Below, piece by piece: positions 15,992 to 24,007 of a stretch of DNA of 32,000 nt (its first letter is position 1; each line of letters opens with the position of its first letter). Source of the stretch: Candidatus Saccharimonadota bacterium (GTDB lineage: Bacteria; Patescibacteriota; Saccharimonadia; Saccharimonadales; Saccharimonadaceae); assembly GCA_001897305.1 (NCBI GenBank), contig MKSO01000001.1, positions 210,001 to 242,000 of the forward strand. The letters run 5' to 3'. Below the pieces are notes generated by a model that worked only from the letters and a program-made list of their open reading frames with translations, had not been told where the DNA came from and did not search any database. Both the position numbers and the translations under genes were made by a program.

Positions 15992-17950
15992 ATGGTAGGG
16001 AGGCAAAAAGGGTTTACTCTTGTTGAGCTTATTATTGTCATAGTTGTTATTGGTATTTTAACGACGATTGTGGCATTAGGTATGAGCCTCTATCTTGCCG
16101 AGGGGCGCGATGCAAAGCGTTCTACAAGTACATCGGCAATTAGCGAGGCGCTTGAAGGCTATTATGATAAAAACGGCGAATATCCAAGCTGTTCGGCATT
16201 AACTGCTAACGGTCAAACGGTAAGCCAGCTTTTAAATGGGCTTAATACCGAAACGCTAGTTGCACCTAAGGCGACTGGTGGTACAACCAATTCTTTGTCT
16301 TGTAATGTTCTCGATACTTCAACGAGTGATTTTTATGAGTATAAAGGTGATGGGAGTGCAACTTGTACTGCGGGTGCTGGCTGTTTGTCGTATACGCTCC
16401 GTTACAGGGAAGAGCGCACCGGAAATATTGTAGAGATTAACAGCCGTCGCAGCGCATCCATTGCAACCTCTGGTAAGCCAACCCTGACTGCTACTGGAAC
16501 GGGTCTGACGCAGATATCTTCGAGTTGGAATGCGGTGCCGAATGCTCTTAATTACACCCTGCAAATTTCAACCAATTCAAGCTTCTCAAGTACAGTTAGC
16601 AGTAAGACGGTAACAGGCTATGCAGACGTAAATAACTCTTTGGGTTACAACACCACCTACTACGTAAGGGTAAAAGCTAATGGTGGGTCAAGTTCGGGTG
16701 ATTGGTCTAATACAGTCACGGCCACAACGAAGTCACTATCAGCTCCGACAGTTTCTGCTACGGGGGGTGCTGCATCATTGACGGTGACTTGGTCTAGTAT
16801 TGCGGGTGCGACTAGCTATACGATACAAATAGCAACTGATAGTGGGTTTAGCTCGTCCGTGCAGACGGTTTCAGTAACTGGCATGGCGACAACTATTAAC
16901 AGCCTACCGGCAGGCACGATGTATTATGTACATGTTCGGGCATTATGGAACAGTAATAATGGGCCATGGTCGAGTACAATATCGGCTTCAACGGCGCCAT
17001 CGGCGCCTACGGGCACGACTATTAGCGCTGCTATGAGTGGTAATAACGCTGTTGGCACGGCAGCGGCTAGTTGTGCGCAGGGCAGTGTGCAGTATCAGCT
17101 ACGTTCTCGTAATACTAATACCACAACAGCAGGGGCATGGTCGGGGTGGTCAAGTTGGTCGACAACGCCAACGCTGAACGTGACTTCGACAGCCGAGGGG
17201 TATCAATATGGTTTCCAGATGCAAGCGCGTTGTGTATCTGGGAGCACACCGAGTACTACGACTACGCTCGCAACTGTTGCAACAACGGTGCGTGGTTTTT
17301 CGGCACCGGGTTCCCCGGGGGTTACTGTATCAACGGCCGGAAGTATATCGACCTTTACAAGGACAAATGTAGCATGTCCTGCTGGTGCGACAACTCAGTA
17401 TGAGTATCGTCAAACTCTCGAGAGTACCCAATACGGCTATTACGGTACAACCGCAAACGCTGTGAATATTGGTACGTCAACCGAAGGGTATCAGTATGGA
17501 GTAGATTGGCACGCTCGTTGTGCAAACACCTATTCAACTGGTCCGTGGGGTGGAAATGGTTGGACGAGTTATATTCGACCAGTGAGTCCTCCTACTGGCT
17601 TTAGTTACAATAACTGGCGCCAAAGTGCTCAAATTATCTGGACATCAGTTACATCTTCGTGCGGGCCGGGCGCTACGCTTTATGGGTATGGCGACATGGA
17701 TGCTCGTACATGGCCCTGGGCGGGTGGTTCGGGCAATATCTATGGGTGGCGTCGCGATTCATACGGTTGGGTTGCTAATCTTAATTACTGGGCTAATACT
17801 TTTCAGTTTGGTGCTTCAACGAGCAAGCCTCAAATTCCCTATGGCTCACAATGGCGCACTGCTGGGTACTTAAAGTGTCAAAACAGCGCAACGGGTAGGA
17901 ATAGTGGCAACTTTGTGTATGGAGAAAGTGGGGTGTGGTACGCATGGTAA
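15992..17950 (+). CDS. Large modular type IV pilin-like protein (pilin head + 2 FN3-like repeats + Cys-bracketed repeat modules)
   Basis: MVGRQKG|FTLVELIIVIVVIGILTTIV class III signal. Two ~85-aa FN3-like repeats (aa ~161-247 and ~248-335; SWNAVPNALNYTLQIS...YYVRVKA and TWSSIAGATSYTIQIA...YYVHVRA). Repeated C...EGYQYG...ARC modules (aa 361-414 and 462-510). Trp/Gly/Tyr-rich C-terminus. Confidence 0.85.
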   Translation: MVGRQKGFTLVELIIVIVVIGILTTIVALGMSLYLAEGRDAKRSTSTSAISEALEGYYDKNGEYPSCSALTANGQTVSQLLNGLNTETLVAPKATGGTTNSLSCNVLDTSTSDFYEYKGDGSATCTAGAGCLSYTLRYREERTGNIVEINSRRSASIATSGKPTLTATGTGLTQISSSWNAVPNALNYTLQISTNSSFSSTVSSKTVTGYADVNNSLGYNTTYYVRVKANGGSSSGDWSNTVTATTKSLSAPTVSATGGAASLTVTWSSIAGATSYTIQIATDSGFSSSVQTVSVTGMATTINSLPAGTMYYVHVRALWNSNNGPWSSTISASTAPSAPTGTTISAAMSGNNAVGTAAASCAQGSVQYQLRSRNTNTTTAGAWSGWSSWSTTPTLNVTSTAEGYQYGFQMQARCVSGSTPSTTTTLATVATTVRGFSAPGSPGVTVSTAGSISTFTRTNVACPAGATTQYEYRQTLESTQYGYYGTTANAVNIGTSTEGYQYGVDWHARCANTYSTGPWGGNGWTSYIRPVSPPTGFSYNNWRQSAQIIWTSVTSSCGPGATLYGYGDMDARTWPWAGGSGNIYGWRRDSYGWVANLNYWANTFQFGASTSKPQIPYGSQWRTAGYLKCQNSATGRNSGNFVYGESGVWYAW

Positions 17951-18339
17951 TAACAAAAAAGCGAGCGCTGATTATTACAGTGAGCCTTGTGATTGTTATC
18001 GGGGTAGCCGTCTTTATAGTGTGGCGAACAGGTTTATTGTCACACATAGCCGGGCAGAAGAGTGGTCAAACTACAGAGTCTCAGGCAACACCTCAACAAA
18101 CTAGTTCAGAAGCACCAGCTGATATTCCAGAAGCCGTCACGTTAAAACAACAAGCCACCGATTATATGCAAAAGCAGGAATTCCAAAAAGCTCGCAACAC
18201 TTATGCGCAGGCTCGTGAAGTGTACGAGAAAGCTAATGACCAATCGCACTTAGGCGAGTTAGAGGTTTTGAACGACATCTTGGATCAGCAAGAGGAGGCT
18301 TTTAAAAAGATTCCCGAGCCGCCGCTGGTGTCTAATTGA
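17944..18339 (+). CDS. Hypothetical N-terminally membrane-anchored helical protein
   Basis: Its ATG overlaps the pilin stop (ATGGTAA). TM helix ALIITVSLVIVIGVAVFIVW, then a Q/E-rich helical region. Confidence 0.6.
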   Translation: MVITKKRALIITVSLVIVIGVAVFIVWRTGLLSHIAGQKSGQTTESQATPQQTSSEAPADIPEAVTLKQQATDYMQKQEFQKARNTYAQAREVYEKANDQSHLGELEVLNDILDQQEEAFKKIPEPPLVSN

Positions 18340-18358
18340 TAGTGTTTTGACGTCTATA

Positions 18359-18387
18359 TTTACAAAAAGCGTCATCTCTGTTACAAT
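18359..18387 (+). promoter_or_regulatory. Promoter of rplU (TTTACA-17-TGtTACAAT)
   Basis: -35 at 18359-64 and extended -10 at 18379-87. AAGGAA SD at 18412-17. Confidence 0.55.
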
Positions 18388-18423
18388 TACATACTGATTG
18401 TTAACAACAGTAAGGAATTAAGA

Positions 18424-18732
18424 ATGACAAAAGCAGTCGTTAAGATCGGTGGCAAGCAATTCGTTGTTGCCGAGAAAGAGACCCTCATGGTGGACCTCCT
18501 CCCTGAAGGAACAAAAGAGCTCACACTTGACGCGCTGTTGGTGATTGATGGTGATAAAACCACAGTCGGTACCCCAACGGTCAAAGATGTGAAAGTAACC
18601 GCTAAGGTCTTAGAAGAGGAAGTAAAGGGCGACAAAGTGCTCTACATCCGCTACAAAGCAAAAAAGCGCGTTCACAAAGTAAATGGCCACCGCCAAAAAT
18701 ACTCAAAGATCGAAATTACCTCGATCAAGTAG
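18424..18732 (+). CDS. rplU: 50S ribosomal protein L21
   Basis: VVKIGGKQFVVAEKETLMVD...KVLYIRYKAKKRVHKVNGHRQKYSKIEI is typical L21. Confidence 0.95.
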   Translation: MTKAVVKIGGKQFVVAEKETLMVDLLPEGTKELTLDALLVIDGDKTTVGTPTVKDVKVTAKVLEEEVKGDKVLYIRYKAKKRVHKVNGHRQKYSKIEITSIK

Positions 18733-18736
18733 TTGA

Positions 18737-18770
18737 AAAAGAACCTCCCAAGTGGAGGTTCTTTTATTGA
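18737..18770. terminator. Intrinsic (bidirectional) terminator between rplU and the EEP-family gene
   Basis: 12-bp stem AAAAGAACCTCC/GGAGGTTCTTTT with loop CAAGT. An A-run lies on the 5' side and a T-run on the 3' side. Confidence 0.75.
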
Positions 18771-18783
18771 GACAGAGATTGTA

Positions 18784-19638
18784 TTAATGGTGGGAATGTT
18801 CGTGGCTGTCAGCTATTGCTACGGTCGTACTTAGCTGAACGTGATCAGATATGCCGGCGTGAAGTGTGCGAACGGGTTTCTCGACGGATAGGCGCTTGTT
18901 GAGACCGTGACGAAACATAATATGATCAAGTTGAAAGAGGGGGAGTGAACTAGGCATAGTCGCCTGGTGTTCGGGGTCGGCGTCATGGAAGCCGTTGCCC
19001 GCTAATCGCGCCATAGTGTCACCCTTGCCCATACCTACAAGGTTAGAGGCTGCACCGTTTTTAAAAGGGATGCGTTGAGCTACTTTATTGACCCCGGGGC
19101 TTCGGAGGAGGCGAGCTGCTAAGGATGATCTGTGCATGGCATTAAAATCACCCATTAGGACAATCGGTTCATTGTGGTGGTTGGAAAGGACCGGCGATAA
19201 GTCATCAAGTTGACGCATGCGAATATCTTCGCCACGGTCGTCAAGGTACAAACTAATGACATTAAGGGCGATGCCAGCAAGATCAACCCGAAGGTGGTGG
19301 GCGCGACGCTCGCCAAGTTTAATTTCATTAAAATCAATAACGGGGAGCGATTCGTGTACAAGGCTAGCAAACCCGTAATGAGCGTAGTTGTCGTCTGGGC
19401 GATCGTCGGGGAATGTAGTGCCGTAGTATGTGTATCCTAGGGCTTTGAAGTCAGTATCTTTTAATTGAGGCGAGCGACCGGTGCGTTCGGATTTTTCCGA
19501 ATCTACACGCCAAGCATCTGGAAGTGTCAAGATAGAGCCACCCTGATTCTTGATAGCGTTGGCTACATAGTCTGTATGTTCAGGGTTGCTGAGTGCGCCT
19601 TGGAGATTCCAGGTGCTTACAGTAATAGATTCACTCAT
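18784..19638 (-). CDS. Endonuclease/exonuclease/phosphatase (EEP) family protein
   Basis: N-terminal TWNLQG, internal LMGDFN, and C-terminal LDHIMF and SDHVQL motifs. ATG at 19638 is preferred, because the longer ORF-track version (to 19797) would overlap the parA promoter and start. Confidence 0.8.
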   Translation of the reverse strand: MSESITVSTWNLQGALSNPEHTDYVANAIKNQGGSILTLPDAWRVDSEKSERTGRSPQLKDTDFKALGYTYYGTTFPDDRPDDNYAHYGFASLVHESLPVIDFNEIKLGERRAHHLRVDLAGIALNVISLYLDDRGEDIRMRQLDDLSPVLSNHHNEPIVLMGDFNAMHRSSLAARLLRSPGVNKVAQRIPFKNGAASNLVGMGKGDTMARLAGNGFHDADPEHQATMPSSLPLFQLDHIMFRHGLNKRLSVEKPVRTLHAGISDHVQLSTTVAIADSHEHSHH

Positions 19639-19710
19639 ATAGCAGTCACTATAGCAAATACAACAGGTGATACGAAGCATAAGTACGACATGTTTGTATT
19701 GCCGTGTACG

Positions 19711-19719
19711 TGGTATAAT
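19711..19719 (+). promoter_or_regulatory. Extended -10 element (TGgTATAAT) upstream of parA
   Basis: TGGTATAAT at 19711-19719, 31 nt before ATG 19751. Confidence 0.5.
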
Positions 19720-19750
19720 GACGGTAATGACGAAGGGTAAAAAGTAACAC

Positions 19751-20551
19751 ATGGCCACTGTTATCGCAGTGACAAACCAAAAAGGGGGAGTAGGCAAGAC
19801 AACTACCTCTATTAATGTGGCTTATTTTTTGGCAAAAGCTGGCCGAAAAACACTGTTAATTGACTTCGATCCTCAAGGGAATGCAACGAGCGGCCTTGGT
19901 GTTGATAAAACTAGCCTTACCGGTGATATGACTGACGTTATTAAGGGCCAGCAGCAGCTTGAGCAAATTATTGTCAAAACAGAGCATAAAAACCTGTGGC
20001 TAGCCCCAACTACCTCGGTGCTTGCCAATACCGAAGTCGAGATGGCTCAAGTGGACCGCCGTTTTTCGCGGCTTCGTATGGCGGTGGACGCAGTGCAACA
20101 GGCTTACGACTATATTATTATCGACAGCCCGCCAAGCCTCAGTTTGTTGACGGTTAATGGTTTGATCGCTGCGAAATATGTACTATTGCCGGTACAAGCT
20201 GAATTTTATGCCTTAGAGGGGTTGGGGCAGCTTCTTGAAACCATGAAGCTAGTTCGCAAGGGTATGAACCCGACACTCGAACTATTGGGTGTGTTGCCGA
20301 CCATGATGGATAGCCGAACAACTCTTAGTAACCAAGTGCACGCCGAGATTAAGCGGCACTTCCCGGGTAAGGTATTTGATGTAACGATCCCTCGTAATAT
20401 TCGTTTAGCCGAGGCGCCGAGCCACGGTATCCCTATTGGCGTGTACGACAAGTTTTCTAAGGGTTCACGTGCGTATAAAGCCCTTGCTAAAGAGGTGATT
20501 GATCGAGTTGAAGCGGCTCAGCCTGCTGCGGCTGGCGAGGGTACAGTATGA
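19751..20551 (+). CDS. parA: Chromosome partitioning ATPase ParA/Soj
   Basis: Deviant Walker A NQKGGVGKTTT, IIDSPPSL, and ATGA overlap with parB. Confidence 0.95.
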   Translation: MATVIAVTNQKGGVGKTTTSINVAYFLAKAGRKTLLIDFDPQGNATSGLGVDKTSLTGDMTDVIKGQQQLEQIIVKTEHKNLWLAPTTSVLANTEVEMAQVDRRFSRLRMAVDAVQQAYDYIIIDSPPSLSLLTVNGLIAAKYVLLPVQAEFYALEGLGQLLETMKLVRKGMNPTLELLGVLPTMMDSRTTLSNQVHAEIKRHFPGKVFDVTIPRNIRLAEAPSHGIPIGVYDKFSKGSRAYKALAKEVIDRVEAAQPAAAGEGTV

Positions 20552-21447
20552 GCGCGGCAAAAAAAGGGTTAGGGCGTGGCTTTGATTCGCTTATACCAAC
20601 GGATTTAATTGACGATAGCTTCGACCCTAATAATCTGTACGACCCAATAGCCGATGAAGACAAAAAGGTGAGCCACGAGCAAACCTTGCCACTTACAAAA
20701 ATAGTTGCCAATCCCGACCAACCTCGTCGCCAATTTGACCAAACTGCCATTGAAGAGTTGGCGGCCTCTATTAAAGAGCATGGCCTTATTCAACCTATCG
20801 TCGTTACTCCAAAAGGTGAGGCATACGAGATTGTTGCCGGCGAGCGCCGGTATCGGGCCTCCACGCTGGCTGGCCTTACGGAAGTACCTGTTATTATTCG
20901 AACGCTGTCCGCTCAAAACCAACTCGAGCTTTCATTGGTTGAGAATATTCAGCGCCGTGATTTGAATGCCATTGAAACGGCCATCGCATACGCCAAGCTA
21001 CGTGATCAGTTTAACCTTACAAACGAGCAAATCGCTGCTCGTGTTCACAAATCCAGTTCTTCAATTATTAATACGATGCGCCTATTAAAGCTTCCTAAAG
21101 AAGCCATTGCTTTAGTGGCTGAGGGGAAGCTTCGCGAGGGTCAAGTACGGCCACTTATCGGGCAAGACGATACGCTCATTCTTGAAATACTCCCTAAAAT
21201 TCTGGCTGAAGAGTGGAGTGCTCGTAAGGTTGAGCAGTACGTGGTTAATTTAAAGCGAGCCACAGAAGCGAACGAACCTAAAGAAACAGTTGATGTTGCT
21301 CCGGAAACCGTGGCCGCTATTGATGCGCTTTCGAACCGCTTTAATACCAAGGTTGCTATTCGCACCAATACAAAAGGTGCAGGTAAGATTGTTATCGATT
21401 TTAAAAATCAACAAGAATTTGAACGAATTAAAGACTTGCTTAGCTAA
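20548..21447 (+). CDS. parB: Chromosome partitioning protein ParB/Spo0J
   Basis: GLGRGFDSLIP, IQPIVV, AGERRYRA and ENIQRRDLN motifs. Confidence 0.95.
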   Translation: MSAAKKGLGRGFDSLIPTDLIDDSFDPNNLYDPIADEDKKVSHEQTLPLTKIVANPDQPRRQFDQTAIEELAASIKEHGLIQPIVVTPKGEAYEIVAGERRYRASTLAGLTEVPVIIRTLSAQNQLELSLVENIQRRDLNAIETAIAYAKLRDQFNLTNEQIAARVHKSSSSIINTMRLLKLPKEAIALVAEGKLREGQVRPLIGQDDTLILEILPKILAEEWSARKVEQYVVNLKRATEANEPKETVDVAPETVAAIDALSNRFNTKVAIRTNTKGAGKIVIDFKNQQEFERIKDLLS

Positions 21448-21590
21448 GGGCAGTGGCCTGCGGCCCTACCTTTCCAAAGGACACTTTCGCGTAACCAAAA
21501 ACCTCTAAGGCGTAGAGACCCTTAGAGGTTATTGCGTGAAGCAAGTTCCGTGGAAACGGTAGGGCCGCAGGCCACTGCCCTTAGCTAAGC
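21438..21590. repeat. Long rod-like hairpin element, copy 1 (candidate structured RNA or palindromic element)
   Basis: Perfect 33-bp outer stem (21438-70/21558-90) plus 6 more bp (21471-76/21551-56). The core shares blocks of 16, 19 and 14 nt with copy 2. Inner stem AACCTCTAAGG/CCTTAGAGGTT with 9-nt loop CGTAGAGAC. Confidence 0.7.
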
Positions 21591-21594
21591 TACC

Positions 21595-22194
21595 TTAGAA
21601 CGTTCGAATCTTATTGAATGGGAAAATCCGCATAGCAACCGGCCCGACGATATCGTATTGTGGAATCGTCCCTAAGCCATTACGAGAGTCGTACGAATAA
21701 TTGCCCTGTCGGTGGTCGCCAGATACGAAAATTTCACCTTCAGGTACGACTTCGTCTACTTCGCCGCTGGTTGGACTGCCAGGCTCGCCGTGGTTGTAAT
21801 CATCCGGGTTAAACCCTTCAGGATGAGCGTCGTTATAAACGGTGTATGTACCGTTTTTCAGTACGACGCGCTCGCCAGGGTAGGCGATGACCCGTTTTAC
21901 GATATATTCATCCTCGATGCCTAAAGTATAATGCGGGTTACGAAAAACGATAACCTGACCACGAGTAGGCATGTATTTTTTGCCTTGGATATTTGCCCAT
22001 GTTACGGGTAGGCGGTTCACGATAAGGCGGTCACCGGTATAAAGGGTTGTTTCCATACTGGGCCCAACAACATTGTAGCTACGAAACACAAAAGTATTAA
22101 TAAGAACCGTACCAATAATGACACAGACAACAAAAATAACCAGGCTAAGCAGGTCCTTGAGAAACGGATGACGGGTAAAATACGAGGCTTCCAT
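21595..22194 (-). CDS. lepB: Signal peptidase I
   Basis: GPSMETTL (catalytic Ser), YIVKRVIAYPGERV (catalytic Lys), GDHRQGNYSYDSR, and an N-terminal TM anchor. Confidence 0.9.
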   Translation of the reverse strand: MEASYFTRHPFLKDLLSLVIFVVCVIIGTVLINTFVFRSYNVVGPSMETTLYTGDRLIVNRLPVTWANIQGKKYMPTRGQVIVFRNPHYTLGIEDEYIVKRVIAYPGERVVLKNGTYTVYNDAHPEGFNPDDYNHGEPGSPTSGEVDEVVPEGEIFVSGDHRQGNYSYDSRNGLGTIPQYDIVGPVAMRIFPFNKIRTF

Positions 22195-22253
22195 GAACTT
22201 CCACTATTATACGCGAGTCATGTCATAAACACCACGTATGTTGGGCCTGAATG

Positions 22254-22282
22254 TTGGATATTACCGCACGGTCGCGTATAAT
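22254..22282 (+). promoter_or_regulatory. Promoter of the LCP gene (TTGGAT-17-TATAAT)
   Basis: -10 TATAAT at 22277-82. It lies inside the 5' extension of the ORF-track call, which supports ATG 22296. Confidence 0.45.
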
Positions 22283-22295
22283 AAGTACAAGTTTT

Positions 22296-23999
22296 ATGAA
22301 TAATAAAAAGTCAACAGTTGACGGGTTTATACCCCGTAGGCCTGGTAGCCAAATTGGCGATCGTCACTCGACGACTCCTAAACAGGCCCAATCGACACCA
22401 CGCCGAAAAGAGCTCGTTACTGAGGACGATCTTCAAAAAAATAGTATTGGCGCGGCGCGTCCGGGTCGTGCTATCGGACGCTCTGATATTGACGCGTCAC
22501 TTCGACAATTAGACGATCCGCTAGAGCAGCAACGGAGTGGACGTAAATTATCACGACGCGAGCGCCGTCGTATAAAAAAAGAGGCTCGTACTCGTGGCCA
22601 GCGTATTCGACGCCGTATTATTTGGGCTCTTGTCATCCTATTGATTGCGGCGTTACTAGCAGCTGGTGCCTTCATGGTATTTAAGGCCCTCCGTGCGACA
22701 AATAATGTCCTTCAGGGGAGCGTTGCAGACTTAATACAGCACGAACCCCTTAAAAAGGATGCTAATGGACGCAGTAACTTCTTAATTTTGGGTACTGCAG
22801 AAGATGACCCGGGTCATGATGCTGGCTGGCTGACTGACTCAATCATGATTTTGAGTATCGACCAAGACAAAAAGAACGCCTACACCTTTAGCATTCCTCG
22901 TGACCTCTATGTAAACTATGGCATGGCTTGCGATGCTGGCTACAGAGGAAAGATTAACGCTTACTTTAACTGTGTTAACCAAGGTACCGATGACGCCGCC
23001 GAACAGGAACGCCTAACGCAAACACAAGCATTTATCGGTTCTATAACTGGCCTTGATCTTCAGTATGGGGTTCACGTTAATTACACAGTTATGCGCGACA
23101 TTGTGAATGCTATTGGTGGCAGTATTACGGTGAAGATTGAGGGCAATGACGGCAGCGGGCCATCTGACAAGCTTGGCATTATGGACAGTAACTTTGACTG
23201 GAAGTGTGGGGCTACTCGGGCTCAAAAGATTGCAAATTGTCCACCAAACGGCCACTTTATCGAATACGAACCGGGCCTTCAGGTGCTCGACGCCGAACAT
23301 GCGCTTTACTTAGCCCAGGCCCGTGGTGATATATCGCCTACATATGGTTTGGCACAGTCGAACTTCGACCGCGAACGCAACCAACAGAAGATTCTAGTCG
23401 CTATTAAAGATAAGGCTCTGAGTACCGGTACACTAACTAACTTAGGGGCAATTAGCGGGTTAATTGATGCGCTAGGCAATAACTTGCGTACCAATATTCA
23501 AACCAAAGAAGTTCGTACCCTAATGGACCTTGCTAAGGACATTCCTAATGACAAGATTACATCTATCGATTTCTACAGCCCAGATAATAAGATCTTCACG
23601 ACAGGGCCTATTGACGGAGCGAGCTCAGTGTATCCAGCCGCTGGCCTCTACAATTACACCGCATTGCAAGCCTTTATCCTTAAAGAGCTTACCTCCGAAC
23701 CATATATGAAAGAGAACGCGAGCATTACCGTGTTTAATGGCACCCAAGTTGCTGGCGTAGGCCAAACACTCTCCAACGCTCTTACCGAGAAAGGCTTTAC
23801 GGTTGATACCGTCGATAATGCGCCAGAAGGCAAGTATAGTCCAATTGAAATTTACCAACTTAATACAACCAAGCCGGCAACTACTGCGAAGCTACAAGAG
23901 TTGTACAACGTAAAAGTGAAGACGACCAAGCCACCAGTTAGTGTCACGGGCGAGACCGATTTCGTCATTATCATTGGCGACGCCAGCGTGGTACAATAA
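22296..23999 (+). CDS. LytR-CpsA-Psr (LCP) family cell-envelope phosphotransferase with a basic cytoplasmic tail and LytR_C-like C-terminus
   Basis: NFLILGTAEDD...LTDSIMILSID, SIPRDLYV, an Arg-rich N-terminal region, and one TM helix (IIWALVILLIAALLAAGAFMVF). Confidence 0.9.
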   Translation: MNNKKSTVDGFIPRRPGSQIGDRHSTTPKQAQSTPRRKELVTEDDLQKNSIGAARPGRAIGRSDIDASLRQLDDPLEQQRSGRKLSRRERRRIKKEARTRGQRIRRRIIWALVILLIAALLAAGAFMVFKALRATNNVLQGSVADLIQHEPLKKDANGRSNFLILGTAEDDPGHDAGWLTDSIMILSIDQDKKNAYTFSIPRDLYVNYGMACDAGYRGKINAYFNCVNQGTDDAAEQERLTQTQAFIGSITGLDLQYGVHVNYTVMRDIVNAIGGSITVKIEGNDGSGPSDKLGIMDSNFDWKCGATRAQKIANCPPNGHFIEYEPGLQVLDAEHALYLAQARGDISPTYGLAQSNFDRERNQQKILVAIKDKALSTGTLTNLGAISGLIDALGNNLRTNIQTKEVRTLMDLAKDIPNDKITSIDFYSPDNKIFTTGPIDGASSVYPAAGLYNYTALQAFILKELTSEPYMKENASITVFNGTQVAGVGQTLSNALTEKGFTVDTVDNAPEGKYSPIEIYQLNTTKPATTAKLQELYNVKVKTTKPPVSVTGETDFVIIIGDASVVQ

Positions 24000-24007
24000 A
24001 TACGCGT

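Noticed and set aside
21471-21557. Hairpin elements as invertible promoter switches (invertons) flanked by 30-33 bp inverted repeats
   Set aside because: The enclosed core is itself nearly palindromic, so inversion would change almost nothing. No invertase gene is nearby.
21545-21557. GTTCCGTGGAAAC in the element core, and GTTCACGTG at 20463-20471, as parS sites
   Set aside because: Both resemble the parS consensus TGTTTCACGTGAAACA only partially, and neither is a 16-bp palindrome.
21438-21590. Hairpin elements as integron attC sites, 6S RNA or SRP (4.5S) RNA
   Set aside because: There is no RYYYAAC/GTTRRRY core pair and no integrase. The stems are perfect over 30+ bp, unlike the bulged 6S closing stems and central bubble. 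The terminal loop is a 9-nt CGTAGAGAC rather than the GNRA-capped SRP domain IV, and two copies with different stems argue against a single-copy housekeeping RNA. I cannot exclude these without running covariance models.
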